Program-made: the position numbers and the translations under genes
The notes under the pieces: model-generated
The model's database searches: none
What the model was told of the DNA's origin: nothing
What the model saw: only the letters and a program-made list of their open reading frames with translations
Assembly (NCBI GenBank): GCA_903917615.1
Contig: CAIXBH010000040.1
Coordinates: forward strand, 1 to 45,883
DNA: 45,883 bases
DNA from: an uncultured Chloroflexota bacterium
GTDB lineage: Bacteria; Chloroflexota; Dehalococcoidia; UBA2979
Direction of reading: 5' to 3'
Shown here: piece after piece, positions 27,159 through 37,046 of the stretch
Numbering within the stretch: position 1 is the stretch's first letter
How the letters are laid out: each line of letters opens with the position of its first letter

Positions 27159-28109
27159 ATGACCAATCCTGAGATCATCGACATTCACCTGCACCTCTGC
27201 CGCGACACGCAGCAGGAGAAGACGGTCTTCCCGAAGGCCGGATGGCCGGACGAGTGGTACTGGGCGAGCCCGGACAAGGTGATCCCGTACATGGACGCAC
27301 GCGGCATCAGCCACGTCGCCACCATGAACATCATCGACACCGGTGCCATGGTCGCGGGCCGCATTCGTCGCGCCCGCGAGCAGGGCGCGAGCGAAGCGGA
27401 GATCGCGGACGCCCGCGTGACGCTGCGTGAGGACATGCAGGAGCGCGTCCGCGCGTTCAACACGCTGATGTGCGAGGCCCACGCGAAAGAGCCGCGCATC
27501 ATCCCCTACATGATGATCGACCCGATCCTGTTTGGCGAAGCCGCGATCGAGGAGCTCGAGCGCTGCATCGCGCTCGGTGCGAAGGGGATCAAGGTCCACC
27601 CGAGCATCTGCGGGCACTTCCCGGACCACCCCAACATGATGGCCGTGTACAAGCGCTGCGAAGAGGCGGGTCTCGGCGTGCTGACGGACAGCACCTCGCG
27701 CGCTCGCGGCGGCGCCGAGGCGTTCGGCACACCGCTGGGATGGCGCCCGGTCCTGCAGGCGTTCCCGCACCTCAAGTTCATCATGGCGCACCTCTGCGAC
27801 GACATCTGGGACGACCGCCTGGAGCTCTCCCGCGAGTTCAAGGACAACCTCTGGTTCGACATGTCCGGCGGCATCGTGGACGCACACCACCCGGCCGGCG
27901 GCCACTCGATGCTGACCGGCGACCAGGCCCCGCGCGTGTTCCGGAAGATCGGCGTCGAGCGCATCCTGTTCGGCTCGGACGGCCCGGGGACGGGTCGCGG
28001 GGAGGACGTCCTGGAGGCGGCCGGCGAGGTGATGCGCCTTGCGCTCACTGACGCCGAGAAGGAGCAGATCCTCGCCGGGAACGCCAAGCGCTTCCTCGGC
28101 CTGAAGTAG
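27159..28109 (+). CDS. Amidohydrolase 2 family metal-dependent hydrolase, paralog 1
   Basis: IIDIHLH, GIKVHP, IMAHL, LWFDMS, ILFGSDGP, GNAKRFLGL. Confidence 0.92.
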   Translation: MTNPEIIDIHLHLCRDTQQEKTVFPKAGWPDEWYWASPDKVIPYMDARGISHVATMNIIDTGAMVAGRIRRAREQGASEAEIADARVTLREDMQERVRAFNTLMCEAHAKEPRIIPYMMIDPILFGEAAIEELERCIALGAKGIKVHPSICGHFPDHPNMMAVYKRCEEAGLGVLTDSTSRARGGAEAFGTPLGWRPVLQAFPHLKFIMAHLCDDIWDDRLELSREFKDNLWFDMSGGIVDAHHPAGGHSMLTGDQAPRVFRKIGVERILFGSDGPGTGRGEDVLEAAGEVMRLALTDAEKEQILAGNAKRFLGLK

Positions 28110-28182
28110 CAACAGCCGCTCGCGCGGCGAAGAACACGCGGCAGGCGACCTGCGCCTGTGCGCCTCCCCTGAAGGAGTCACC

Positions 28183-29121
28183 ATGCCCGGGACCGAGATC
28201 ATCGACATGCACTTCCACCTCTGCCGCGACACGCAGCAGGAGAAGGTGGTGTTCCCTAAGAAGGGGTGGCCGGACGACTGGTTCTACGGCAGCCCGGACA
28301 CCGTCATCCCCTTCATGGACGCGCACGGCATCTCGTACATCGCGACGATGAACGTGATGGTCACGAACGCGATGATCGAGGCACGCGTCCGCCGCGCACG
28401 CGAGCAGGGCGCGACCGAGGAGGCCATCGCGCAGGCGCGCATCGACCTCAAGGAGGACATGAAGCAGCGCGTCCGTCAGATGAACGACTGGACGCTCGAG
28501 GCGCAGAAGAAAGAGCCGCGGATCATCGTCTACGCAGCGATCGATCCCGTGCTGTTCGGCGACGAGACGATGGACGAGCTCGAGCGCTGCATCGCGATGG
28601 GCGCGCAGGGCATCAAGATCCACCCGAGCAATTACCGCCATTACCCGGACTACCCCACGATGATGCAGGTCTACGAGCGCCTGCAGAGCGCCGGACTGGG
28701 CGCGCTCACGGACACATCGTCCCGCCAGAGCCCCGACGGCAACGCGTACGGGGTACCGCTCGGATGGCGCCCGGTCCTGCAGGCGTTCCCGCACCTGAAG
28801 CTGATCCAGGCGCACCTGGCCGGCGACATGTGGGACGACCAGATCGACCTCGCACGCGAGTTCCCTGACAACCTCTGGTTCGACATCGCGGGCGGCTGGG
28901 TGGACGACCACCACCCGCCGAGCGGCCACGCCGGGATGCTCGCGTCCCAGGCCGTCCGCGTCCTGCGCAAGATCGGCATCGAGCGCGTGATGCACGGATC
29001 CGACGGGCCGCCGCTGGACCCGATGAGCGCCGCTGAGCAGATCATGCGCATGGACTTCACGGATGCAGAGAAGGAGCAGCTCCTCTCCGGCAACGCGAAG
29101 CAGTTCTTCGGCCTGAAGTAG
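28183..29121 (+). CDS. Amidohydrolase 2 family metal-dependent hydrolase, paralog 2 (tandem duplicate)
   Basis: IIDMHFH, GIKIHP, IQAHL, LWFDIA, HGSDGP; colinear with 27159..28109. Confidence 0.92.
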   Translation: MPGTEIIDMHFHLCRDTQQEKVVFPKKGWPDDWFYGSPDTVIPFMDAHGISYIATMNVMVTNAMIEARVRRAREQGATEEAIAQARIDLKEDMKQRVRQMNDWTLEAQKKEPRIIVYAAIDPVLFGDETMDELERCIAMGAQGIKIHPSNYRHYPDYPTMMQVYERLQSAGLGALTDTSSRQSPDGNAYGVPLGWRPVLQAFPHLKLIQAHLAGDMWDDQIDLAREFPDNLWFDIAGGWVDDHHPPSGHAGMLASQAVRVLRKIGIERVMHGSDGPPLDPMSAAEQIMRMDFTDAEKEQLLSGNAKQFFGLK

Positions 29122-29133
29122 CCGAGGGCGACC

Positions 29134-29808
29134 GTGCCGCTGGTGATCGCGGTGACGGGGTCGATCGCGACGGGGAAGAGCTACCTCGCGCACTACCTCG
29201 TCGAGCGGTACGGCGCGGCGCACGCGGACGTCGACCGCATCACGCATCGCATGTACGACCCGGGGACGCCCGGGTTCGACCGCGTGGTGGAGGCCTTCGG
29301 CCCGGAGGTCGTCGGCGAGGATGGATACATCAACCGTCGCGCCGTCGGGCGGCTCATCTTCGGCTCGCGTGAGCGAACGATCGCGCTGCGCAACGCGGTC
29401 GAGGGATACGAGCTCGAGGTAAAAGCCGTCATCGACGGCTGGCGGCGCGATCTGCCCGAGTCGCAGTTCGCGGTGTTCGAGGCGTTCAACCTCGTCGAGG
29501 GCGGATTCGGCGCCTGGTGCGACGTCAGCTGGATCGTGCGCGCCGACGACGAGATCGCGCTGCCGCGGATCCTTGCGCGCAACGTGCTGACTGAAGACGA
29601 GGCGCGGGCACGACTGGCCGCCGCACGTTCGTGGGAGTTGCGGATCCACGCCTGCGACCGGGTGTTCGACAACAACGGCACCGCCGCGGAGTTCGAGGCG
29701 GCCATCGACGAGGCGCTCGCCGAGACGCTGGAGGCGTACCGCGCGGGGACGCTGCCGCCATCGAAGGCGCACCAGTTCCCTCCGCAGGCCGCTGCCGCGC
29801 AGAGCTGA
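29134..29808 (+). CDS. coaE: Dephospho-CoA kinase
   Basis: IAVTGSIATGKS P-loop, DVDRITH, VVEAFG, INRRAVGRLIF, CDRVFDNNG. Confidence 0.8.
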   Translation: MPLVIAVTGSIATGKSYLAHYLVERYGAAHADVDRITHRMYDPGTPGFDRVVEAFGPEVVGEDGYINRRAVGRLIFGSRERTIALRNAVEGYELEVKAVIDGWRRDLPESQFAVFEAFNLVEGGFGAWCDVSWIVRADDEIALPRILARNVLTEDEARARLAAARSWELRIHACDRVFDNNGTAAEFEAAIDEALAETLEAYRAGTLPPSKAHQFPPQAAAAQS

Positions 29809-29839
29809 CCAGCGAGCACGGCGTCGCCCGCGAACGTGC

Positions 29840-30214
29840 CTATTCGTCGTCGGGCGGCGTCGTGACGACGAAGAAGGTCAGATCCGTCATCCCGGTGTTG
29901 TACATCGCGTGCTCGACTCCGGGCGGGATGAAGACCACATCGCCGGGCCCCATCACCGAACGTTCCCCGTCGAGCTCGATGAGCCTCTGCCCCTCGATCA
30001 CGTGGTAGATCTGCTCCTGCACCCGGTGATGATGCGGGGCGACGAACGCCATCGGCTGGTACGTGGAGATCCGGAAGTCGACGAGCCGCGACCCGGCCGT
30101 CTCCGGGCGCACGAGCATCTTCGAGATGGCGCCAGGCGAGTGGCCAGGTGGGTTTTCCCAGAGAACCTCGGCAATGTTCTGCAGCACGGCCTCGCGACCG
30201 TCGGTTGATGGCAT
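29840..30214 (-). CDS. Cupin domain protein
   Basis: PHHHRVQEQIYHVIEG and GDVVFIPPGVEHAMYNTG; RBS gagaggt. Confidence 0.9.
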   Translation of the reverse strand: MPSTDGREAVLQNIAEVLWENPPGHSPGAISKMLVRPETAGSRLVDFRISTYQPMAFVAPHHHRVQEQIYHVIEGQRLIELDGERSVMGPGDVVFIPPGVEHAMYNTGMTDLTFFVVTTPPDDE

Positions 30215-30418
30215 GACGCCCTACCTCTCCTCAGCCGGGACGAGCATTCCCTCGCCCCTCCAACGCACGGTCTCAGGTCGTCCGCGGGCGGGGCTGACTC
30301 TGAGGCGAATCGAGCGGTATGCCATAGTATCGGCGCCCGGAGGCGCAGAGCCTGCAGCCGACGGTCGGCCGCCGCGCGCGGTCACTGGACCGAACAACCA
30401 GCCGAAAGCGAATCGCTG

Positions 30419-31504
30419 ATGACCGACGTGGAGCACCTGCTCGAGGAACTCTCAAACGCGCCTGGGCCTTCCGGGTTCGAGGGGCCCGTCCGCACCATCG
30501 TCCGGCGCGAACTTGAACCGCTCGCCGACGGCATCGAAACCGACGGGCTCGGATCGCTCATGGCACGGCTCGGGCCCGCGGAGGCGCGTCCGCGGATCAT
30601 GCTCACGGCGCACATGGACGAGCTCGGGCTGATCGTCCGGCGCATCACCAGCGAAGGCTACGTGCGGTTCCAGACGCTCGGCGGGTGGCTGGACCAGGCG
30701 CTCATCAACCAGCGCTGGGTGATCATGACGCGCAACGGGCCCGTGCCCGGCATCACAGGCATCAAGACGGTGCACGTCATGGAGGCCGACGCGCGGAAGA
30801 AGCTGTTCGAGCGCGGGGACATGTTCATCGACGTCGGTGCCCGGGACCGCGAGGACGCCGAGGAACGACTCGGCATCCGGCCGGGCGATCCGGTCGCTCC
30901 CGACAGCGCGTTCACGAAACTCGCCGGCGGAGACCTGTACCTCGGCAAGGCGTGGGACGACCGGGTCGGTGTCGCGGTGATGATCGAGGTGATGCGTGCG
31001 CTCCACGCCGGCGGATCGCGCCCCGCGACCACCATCGCGGTCGCGACGGTGCAGGAGGAAGTCGGACTGCGCGGCGCTGAGACCAGCGCGTTCGCGGTGG
31101 AGCCCGACATCGGCATCAACCTGGAGTCCGGTGTCGCCGGTGACTACCCGGGGATCTCGGCGGACGAGGCGCAGGAGCAGCTCGGTGGCGGGCCGACGCT
31201 CTTCCTGCACGACAGTTCGATGCTGCCGAACCTGCGGTTGCGGGACTTCATCCTCGACACTGCCCACGACCTCGACATGCCCGTGCAGTTCAACGTACTC
31301 ACGGGATACGGCCAGGACGCCTCAGCGATGCAGCGGACGCACCGTGGCACGCCCGCGATCAACATCGCCGTCCCGACGCGGTACCTGCACAGCCACAACG
31401 GCCTCATCGCCCGCGCAGACGTCGACGCGACCATCCGCCTCGTGACCGAGGTGGTGCGACGGCTCGATGCCAGCGCGGTGACGGCGCTCCGAGACTTCAG
31501 CTGA
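30419..31504 (+). CDS. M42 family metallopeptidase (TET/glutamyl aminopeptidase-like)
   Basis: GPSGFE, AHMDELG, GKAWDDRVG, VQEEVGLRGA, PTRYLHS. Confidence 0.94.
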   Translation: MTDVEHLLEELSNAPGPSGFEGPVRTIVRRELEPLADGIETDGLGSLMARLGPAEARPRIMLTAHMDELGLIVRRITSEGYVRFQTLGGWLDQALINQRWVIMTRNGPVPGITGIKTVHVMEADARKKLFERGDMFIDVGARDREDAEERLGIRPGDPVAPDSAFTKLAGGDLYLGKAWDDRVGVAVMIEVMRALHAGGSRPATTIAVATVQEEVGLRGAETSAFAVEPDIGINLESGVAGDYPGISADEAQEQLGGGPTLFLHDSSMLPNLRLRDFILDTAHDLDMPVQFNVLTGYGQDASAMQRTHRGTPAINIAVPTRYLHSHNGLIARADVDATIRLVTEVVRRLDASAVTALRDFS

Positions 31505-31567
31505 GCGCGGGGCACCCCCGATGCTGTGAATCTTGACCCACAAAGTCGAGAATGCTCCACTGGCCAG

Positions 31568-32347
31568 ATGCTCCACCCCGATCTCAGCATCTCGCTCGCC
31601 GGACTGCTCGTGGGCTTCATCGTCGGGCTGACGGGCATGGGCGGCGGTGCCCTCATGACACCCATCCTCGTGCTGCTGTTTCACGTTCAGCCGCTGGCAG
31701 CCGTGAGCAGCGACCTTGTGACCTCCCTCGTGATGAAGCCGTTCGGCGGGGCGATTCATTTGAACCGGGGAACCGTCCGACGCGACATCGCGCTCTGCCT
31801 CACCGTTGCATCAGTGCCCTCGGCGTTCGCGGGCGTGCTGCTGCTAAAGCTGGTCGGTTCGGAGCACGTCGACGGGTTCCTGAAGGAGGCCATCGGGATC
31901 GCCCTGCTCGCGTCAGCCGGCTCGATGGTCGTTCGCTCGCGCATCCAGCGCCTGCGCGCGAAGGCCTCCGACTCGGGCCCTGCCAGGCTCAATGTCCCTG
32001 CGACGCTCGCCATCGGCGCGCTCGGCGGGTTGCTGGTCGGCATGACCTCGGTCGGCTCCGGCTCTGTCATCATCGTGCTGTTGCTGCTGCTCTATCCGGC
32101 CCTCTCCTCTGCGGAACTCGTGGGTACGGACCTCATCCAGGCCATCCCGCTCGTCGCCTCCGCGGCCTTCGGCCACGTGCTCTTTGGCGATGTCCGCCTC
32201 GAACTGACGGGGTGGCTCCTGATCGGCGCCCTCCCGGGCGTCCTCCTCGGTGCGCACTTCTCGTCGCGCGGCGGTGAGCGTTATGTCCGTCCAGCCCTGT
32301 TCGTAGTGCTCCTCGCGAGCGGCCTGAAGCTGGTCCAGCTCATTTAG
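31568..32347 (+). CDS. Sulfite exporter TauE/SafE family membrane protein
   Basis: GFIVGLTGMGGGALMTP and GLLVGMTSVGSG repeats, LVGTDL, multiple hydrophobic helices; probable ATG at 31568. Confidence 0.92.
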   Translation: MLHPDLSISLAGLLVGFIVGLTGMGGGALMTPILVLLFHVQPLAAVSSDLVTSLVMKPFGGAIHLNRGTVRRDIALCLTVASVPSAFAGVLLLKLVGSEHVDGFLKEAIGIALLASAGSMVVRSRIQRLRAKASDSGPARLNVPATLAIGALGGLLVGMTSVGSGSVIIVLLLLLYPALSSAELVGTDLIQAIPLVASAAFGHVLFGDVRLELTGWLLIGALPGVLLGAHFSSRGGERYVRPALFVVLLASGLKLVQLI

Positions 32348-32529
32348 CCCGTCGCGAACGCGCCGCGCGCGCATCGCCTGACCACCGCGCGCCTCACTGC
32401 CCGCCCCGTACCGCTCCGCCGCAGCGCCCTCACCATCACAAAACAGATACCACATGTGTCATCATGATCACGTCATGACGCGCGCGGGGAACGCGCGCCG
32501 GACGTGCACCGAAACACAGGGAGGGAACG

Positions 32530-34311
32530 ATGGCTGAACAGGGGTACTGGAATCGCTTCAATCCGCGGCTCACGCGCCGGCGCATGCTGGGCGCGAGCTC
32601 CGCGATGGGGCTCGGACTCGCCGCCGCGTCGCTGATCGGCTGCAGCAGCAGCAAGTCGTCCACGGCAGCACCCAAGGCGGCAAGTAATGCCCCGCTCCCG
32701 GCCGGCGCGACCGAGGGTGCCTCCGCGAAGATCACCCACCCGAACGTCCCCGTGGTTTCCGGCGCACCGAAGAACGGAGGCACGCTCACCCTCGCCACGA
32801 CCGAGACCTACACCGAGCACGACGCGCACACCGCGGTCTCCAACTCCGAATGGACGACCATCGGAGAGCGCGGGCTCGAGATGGACGAGTGGACGGGCAA
32901 GATCCGCGGCAACATCATCGAGTCGTGGGAGGTGTCCGACCCGACCCACCTCGTCTTGAAGGTGCGCAAGGGAATCAAGATCCAGAACAAGCCACCGTGG
33001 AATGGACGCGAGTTCAACGCGGAGGACGCAGTCTTCAATCTGGAGCGCACCGCCGGGTTCACCGCGGCAGCCGAGAAGTTGCCGCTTGCAAACTTCCAGC
33101 GCGCCTCGGCGCTAGTGGGGATGACCAAGGCGGAGGCGACGGACAACTACACCGTACGTGTCACGATGGCGGCGCCGACCAGCACGTTCTTCAACGGAAT
33201 GACCGAGATCCGGAGTATCTGGATGCCGAAGGGCATCGTGGAAGTCGGCTTCAAGGACAACCAGAAATTCGGAGGCATCTCCGCCTGGCAGGTCAGCCCG
33301 GAGGACAAGCCCGGCGTCCAGAACGTCTTCCAGAAGAACCCGGACTACTGGCGCAAGGATCAGCCGCACTTCGACAAGTTCGTGATGATCCAGATGCCGG
33401 ACCACGCGACTCAGCTGGCTGCGTTCATCAGCAAGCAGGTCGCGATCATGGCCTCGCCGACCGCGCAGGATCAGAAGACCATCGCGGCGTCGCGCCCTGA
33501 CGCCCTCTACTACCAGTTCCTCAACGTGAACTACATGTACTTCCGCCCCAGCATGAAGGTTGCCTTCTTCCAGGACTTCCGCGTTCGCAAGGCCCTGTCG
33601 CTCGCGATCGACTACAAGGAGCTCGGCAACGGCTACTACGGCGATGGCGGCGGCTGGGGCTACCTCGCCTCGCTCCACCCCGGATTCCCGGAGGCGTGGT
33701 CTGAGGACAAGGTGAAGACGCTCCCCGGCTTCAACCCCACGACGAAGGACAAAGACGTCGCCGAGGCGAACAAGCTCATGGCCGCCGCAGGGTTCGACAA
33801 GGGCGCAGGCATCTCCATCGACCTCCTGAACAAGGTCAAAGCGGACGACCGCGAAAATTCAGTCCGCTTCCAGGGTCAGATGCAGAAGGTCTTCCCCGCA
33901 ATGAAGATGGCCCTCAAGCAAGATCCGGATTCAGCGACGTTCGACAAGCATCAGAACGGCAACGATTTCCAGATGATCTCGAACGACAGCACGATGTTTC
34001 CGGACGCGGCACTCGAGGCATACGCACACTTCCACAGCAAGGGCAGTCGCAACTACGGCGGGTTCAGCGACAAGGATCTCGACTCGACGGTTGAGAAGGC
34101 AATCGCCGAACTCGACTTCGAGAAGCGCAAGGCCATCCTCGACACGTTCCAGCAGAAGTACCTGGACGCCTGGATGCCGAACCTGATCCTCTACGCGGTG
34201 CCATCGAAGTACTTCATCCAGCCGAATATCGGCGGGTTCGACGCGATCGTTGGGCCGTGGTCGGCTGGTCGCGCGACGCAGTACAAGATGGCGCAGACCT
34301 ACCTGGTCTAG
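32530..34311 (+). CDS. ABC transporter substrate-binding protein, family 5, Tat lipoprotein
   Basis: LTRRRML twin-Arg, lipobox LIGC, IIESWEVSD, KNPDYW, DFRVRKALSLAID; RBS ggaggg. Confidence 0.93.
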   Translation: MAEQGYWNRFNPRLTRRRMLGASSAMGLGLAAASLIGCSSSKSSTAAPKAASNAPLPAGATEGASAKITHPNVPVVSGAPKNGGTLTLATTETYTEHDAHTAVSNSEWTTIGERGLEMDEWTGKIRGNIIESWEVSDPTHLVLKVRKGIKIQNKPPWNGREFNAEDAVFNLERTAGFTAAAEKLPLANFQRASALVGMTKAEATDNYTVRVTMAAPTSTFFNGMTEIRSIWMPKGIVEVGFKDNQKFGGISAWQVSPEDKPGVQNVFQKNPDYWRKDQPHFDKFVMIQMPDHATQLAAFISKQVAIMASPTAQDQKTIAASRPDALYYQFLNVNYMYFRPSMKVAFFQDFRVRKALSLAIDYKELGNGYYGDGGGWGYLASLHPGFPEAWSEDKVKTLPGFNPTTKDKDVAEANKLMAAAGFDKGAGISIDLLNKVKADDRENSVRFQGQMQKVFPAMKMALKQDPDSATFDKHQNGNDFQMISNDSTMFPDAALEAYAHFHSKGSRNYGGFSDKDLDSTVEKAIAELDFEKRKAILDTFQQKYLDAWMPNLILYAVPSKYFIQPNIGGFDAIVGPWSAGRATQYKMAQTYLV

Positions 34312-34422
34312 CCGGTCGGCCGGGCGCAGCCCTCGGGTGACCGAGGGCTGCGCCGCTCGCGTCAAACTCGACGGAGATTTCGAGCCGTGGAACGCGACGA
34401 TGCGCGTTGATACGCTCCCGAC

Positions 34423-35043
34423 ATGCCGCGAACCGAACAAGGCCCGGGTGCCACGACCGCTAGCCGCATCCTCGATGTCGCCGAGCGGCTAGCCCAGACG
34501 CGTGGATTCAACGGGTTCAGTTGCGCCGACGTCGCGCCGGAAATTGGCATCACCACAGCCAGCCTGCACTACCACTTCCCCAGCAAGGCCGACCTCGGGC
34601 GGGCACTCGTCGAGCGGTACACCGAGTCGTTCCAGGCGTCGCTGCGCGACATCGCAGCAGCGCCGACGGATGCTCCCGCGAAGCTCCGGGCGTACGTGCA
34701 GATCTACCAGCAGGTCCTGGGGGCCGACCGGATGTGCCTCTGCGGCATGTTCGCTGCCGAGTACGCCACCCTGCCCGAGCCCGTGCAGGCCGAACTCCTC
34801 CGTTTCTTTGACGAGAACGAGCGCTGGCTCGCGGCAGTCTTTGACGCCGGGCTCCGCGACGGGAGCCTGCGCTTCAACGGCTCCCCGCAGGATGCTGCCC
34901 ACCTGCTGACGAGCGCCCTCGAAGGCGCCATGCTGCTGGCGCGCACCTACGGAGACAACGCGCGGTTCCGTGCCACCCTCGACCGGGTGCTGGCAACCCT
35001 GACCGGGGCATGGCAGCCCGAGCAGCCCTCGGGAACCGCCTAG
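34423..35043 (+). CDS. TetR/AcrR family transcriptional regulator (NemR/LmrA-YxaF type)
   Basis: RILDVAERL...GFNGFS...SLHYHFPSKADL HTH; MCLCGMFAAE; LEGAMLLAR. Confidence 0.92.
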   Translation: MPRTEQGPGATTASRILDVAERLAQTRGFNGFSCADVAPEIGITTASLHYHFPSKADLGRALVERYTESFQASLRDIAAAPTDAPAKLRAYVQIYQQVLGADRMCLCGMFAAEYATLPEPVQAELLRFFDENERWLAAVFDAGLRDGSLRFNGSPQDAAHLLTSALEGAMLLARTYGDNARFRATLDRVLATLTGAWQPEQPSGTA

Positions 35044-35107
35044 CCCGCCACACAGCGCCGGAAGGCTGTACATTCCCCCCGCACGTTCGAGTGAAAGAGG
35101 GGAACCG

Positions 35108-36550
35108 ATGGCCGATTCACTGAGCCGGCAGTTCGCGCGCTGGGCTGCCAACCTGAAGTACGAAGACCTGCCCCCGGCAGTCGTCGACAAGAGCAAGGCG
35201 TTCCTGCTGCACGCGCTCACCAGCGCCGTGCTGGGCGGCGCCGACCCGCGCTCCGAGCACGCGGTCCACTTCACCCTGGCCGAAGAGGCCAAGGCTGACG
35301 GCGCCACGATCATGGTCAAGGGCGGCAAGGCCACCCGGCTCGGCGCGACGTTCGCGAACGCCGAGATCATGCACAACTCGGGGCTGATCGACTCGTACCG
35401 CATGCTGACGCACCCGGGCCCGGTGGTGGTGCCGGCCGCGATCGCGAACGCCGAGCTGGAGAAGCGCAGCGGCAAGGATCTGCTCACCGCGCTGGTGGTG
35501 GGCTACGAGTTCACGTTCCGCCTCGCCGACGAGTACATCCCGGCGACTGCCGCCTCCGGGTACCGCCCGAGCCCGGTCTACACGGCGATGGGCACGGCGG
35601 TCGCAACGGCGAAGCTGCTGGGCCTCGACGAGGACGGCATCGCGACGACGATCGCGTATGTCGCGAACATGGCGAACGCGCTGAACCAGTCCTCGACCGA
35701 GGGCGGTTCGGACGGCGCCGTGCACGAGCCGGTGTCCGCACGCACGGGCGTATTCGCGGCACAGATGGCGCGCGAGAACGCCGGCCGCAAGGGTTCCGAG
35801 CACAGCCTCGAGGGCTCGGCTGGCTTCTACAACCACATGATCGGGAACGACAAGGGCGACCTGAAGGCGTCGTTCGTGAACGGCAAGACCAACGCGCCGT
35901 TCGACGAGATCATGCAGGGCCTCGGATCGCAGTACAAGCTGCTCACCGCGATGTTCCGGATGTACCCGTTCGCGGCCTACAACCAGCCGGTGATCGACCT
36001 CATGGCGGAGATGAAGGTCGAGCACAACATCAACCACGAGGACATCGACCAGGTCTACGTCCACATGAACTGGATCGAGACGCTGTACCCGAGCCCCGCG
36101 TTCCCGCGGTACCCGGACTTCGACAACCCCCGCCTGCTGACGCCGGCAGGCCCGCCGACGACGCACTGGTACGCGGCGCACTCCGCCGTGAACGGCGGGT
36201 ACCCGGAGATCAGCGGCAAGACCTACGGCCCGACCGGCTGGGACCTGGGCAAGGACGAGGCCGTCAACAAGTTCACGATGGAGCACGTGCACCTGGTGCA
36301 GGAGAAGGACCGCGCGATGTTCTCGCCGGCGATTCGCGTCGTGATGAAGGACGGCACCGAGTACAAGGGCGAGTACCCGTACCACCCCCGCCTGGAGTGG
36401 GACTTCGAGACGCTCGCGAAGCGCCTCGAGCACACGGTGCCGGGCATGCCCGGTGGTGCGGCCGCGCTGGCCGCAGTCGTCGAGGTGTCGCGCAAGGCGG
36501 ACACGCTGACCTCGATGGACCCGATCTTCGAGGCCGTGAAGCCCCGCTAA
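35108..36550 (+). CDS. MmgE/PrpD family protein
   Basis: YEDLPPAVVDKSK, THPGPVVVPAA, LVVGYE, LEGSAGFY, RMYPFAAYNQPVID. Confidence 0.9.
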   Translation: MADSLSRQFARWAANLKYEDLPPAVVDKSKAFLLHALTSAVLGGADPRSEHAVHFTLAEEAKADGATIMVKGGKATRLGATFANAEIMHNSGLIDSYRMLTHPGPVVVPAAIANAELEKRSGKDLLTALVVGYEFTFRLADEYIPATAASGYRPSPVYTAMGTAVATAKLLGLDEDGIATTIAYVANMANALNQSSTEGGSDGAVHEPVSARTGVFAAQMARENAGRKGSEHSLEGSAGFYNHMIGNDKGDLKASFVNGKTNAPFDEIMQGLGSQYKLLTAMFRMYPFAAYNQPVIDLMAEMKVEHNINHEDIDQVYVHMNWIETLYPSPAFPRYPDFDNPRLLTPAGPPTTHWYAAHSAVNGGYPEISGKTYGPTGWDLGKDEAVNKFTMEHVHLVQEKDRAMFSPAIRVVMKDGTEYKGEYPYHPRLEWDFETLAKRLEHTVPGMPGGAAALAAVVEVSRKADTLTSMDPIFEAVKPR

Positions 36551-36573
36551 CCCCTCGGGCTGCGCACGAATGC

Positions 36574-36601
36574 AAGAGCCGGCGGGTGACCGCCGGCTCT
36601 T
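36574..36601. terminator. Hairpin between convergent genes, probably bidirectional
   Basis: Perfect stem aagagccggcgg-gtga-ccgccggctctt. Confidence 0.8.
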
Positions 36602-36627
36602 CGCGTTCTCGACGGCGGGACCAGCAG

Positions 36628-36990
36628 CTAGCCGCCCGCCAGCTTCACCTTGTGGCCGAGTGCCTCGAGCTTCGCCTGCACGCGCGGACGGTGGTCGCCC
36701 TGGATCTCGAGGATGCGCCCCTCACGCGTGCCCCCGGCGCCGCAGAGCTGCTTCAGCACCTTCAGCATGTCGTCGAGGGCGACGTCGGCGCCGGGCAGGC
36801 CGGAGATCGTCGTCACCGTCTTGCCGCCTCGACCGGACTTCTCGCGCTTGATGCGCACGAAGCCATCGTCAGGGGGCGGAGCGCCGCGCTGCGCCGCCGG
36901 CTTCGCGGGCGCCTTCGTCACGCGCGCCGACGTGTCGCGGACGCGACCGCCGTCTGTCGAGTACACGAGGCGGGAGTTGTCGCCGGGCAC
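36628..36990 (-). CDS. yciH: SUI1-family translation initiation factor/inhibitor YciH
   Basis: LVYSTD, REKSGRGGKTVTTISG, LKQLCGAGGT, EIQGDHR, VKLAGG; GTG after ggagg. Confidence 0.93.
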   Translation of the reverse strand: MPGDNSRLVYSTDGGRVRDTSARVTKAPAKPAAQRGAPPPDDGFVRIKREKSGRGGKTVTTISGLPGADVALDDMLKVLKQLCGAGGTREGRILEIQGDHRPRVQAKLEALGHKVKLAGG

Positions 36991-37046
36991 GTCGCCTCCG
37001 TTGCGCGGTGCGATCGTACGAGCCCGTTGGTGCGTGCGCGAACCGG

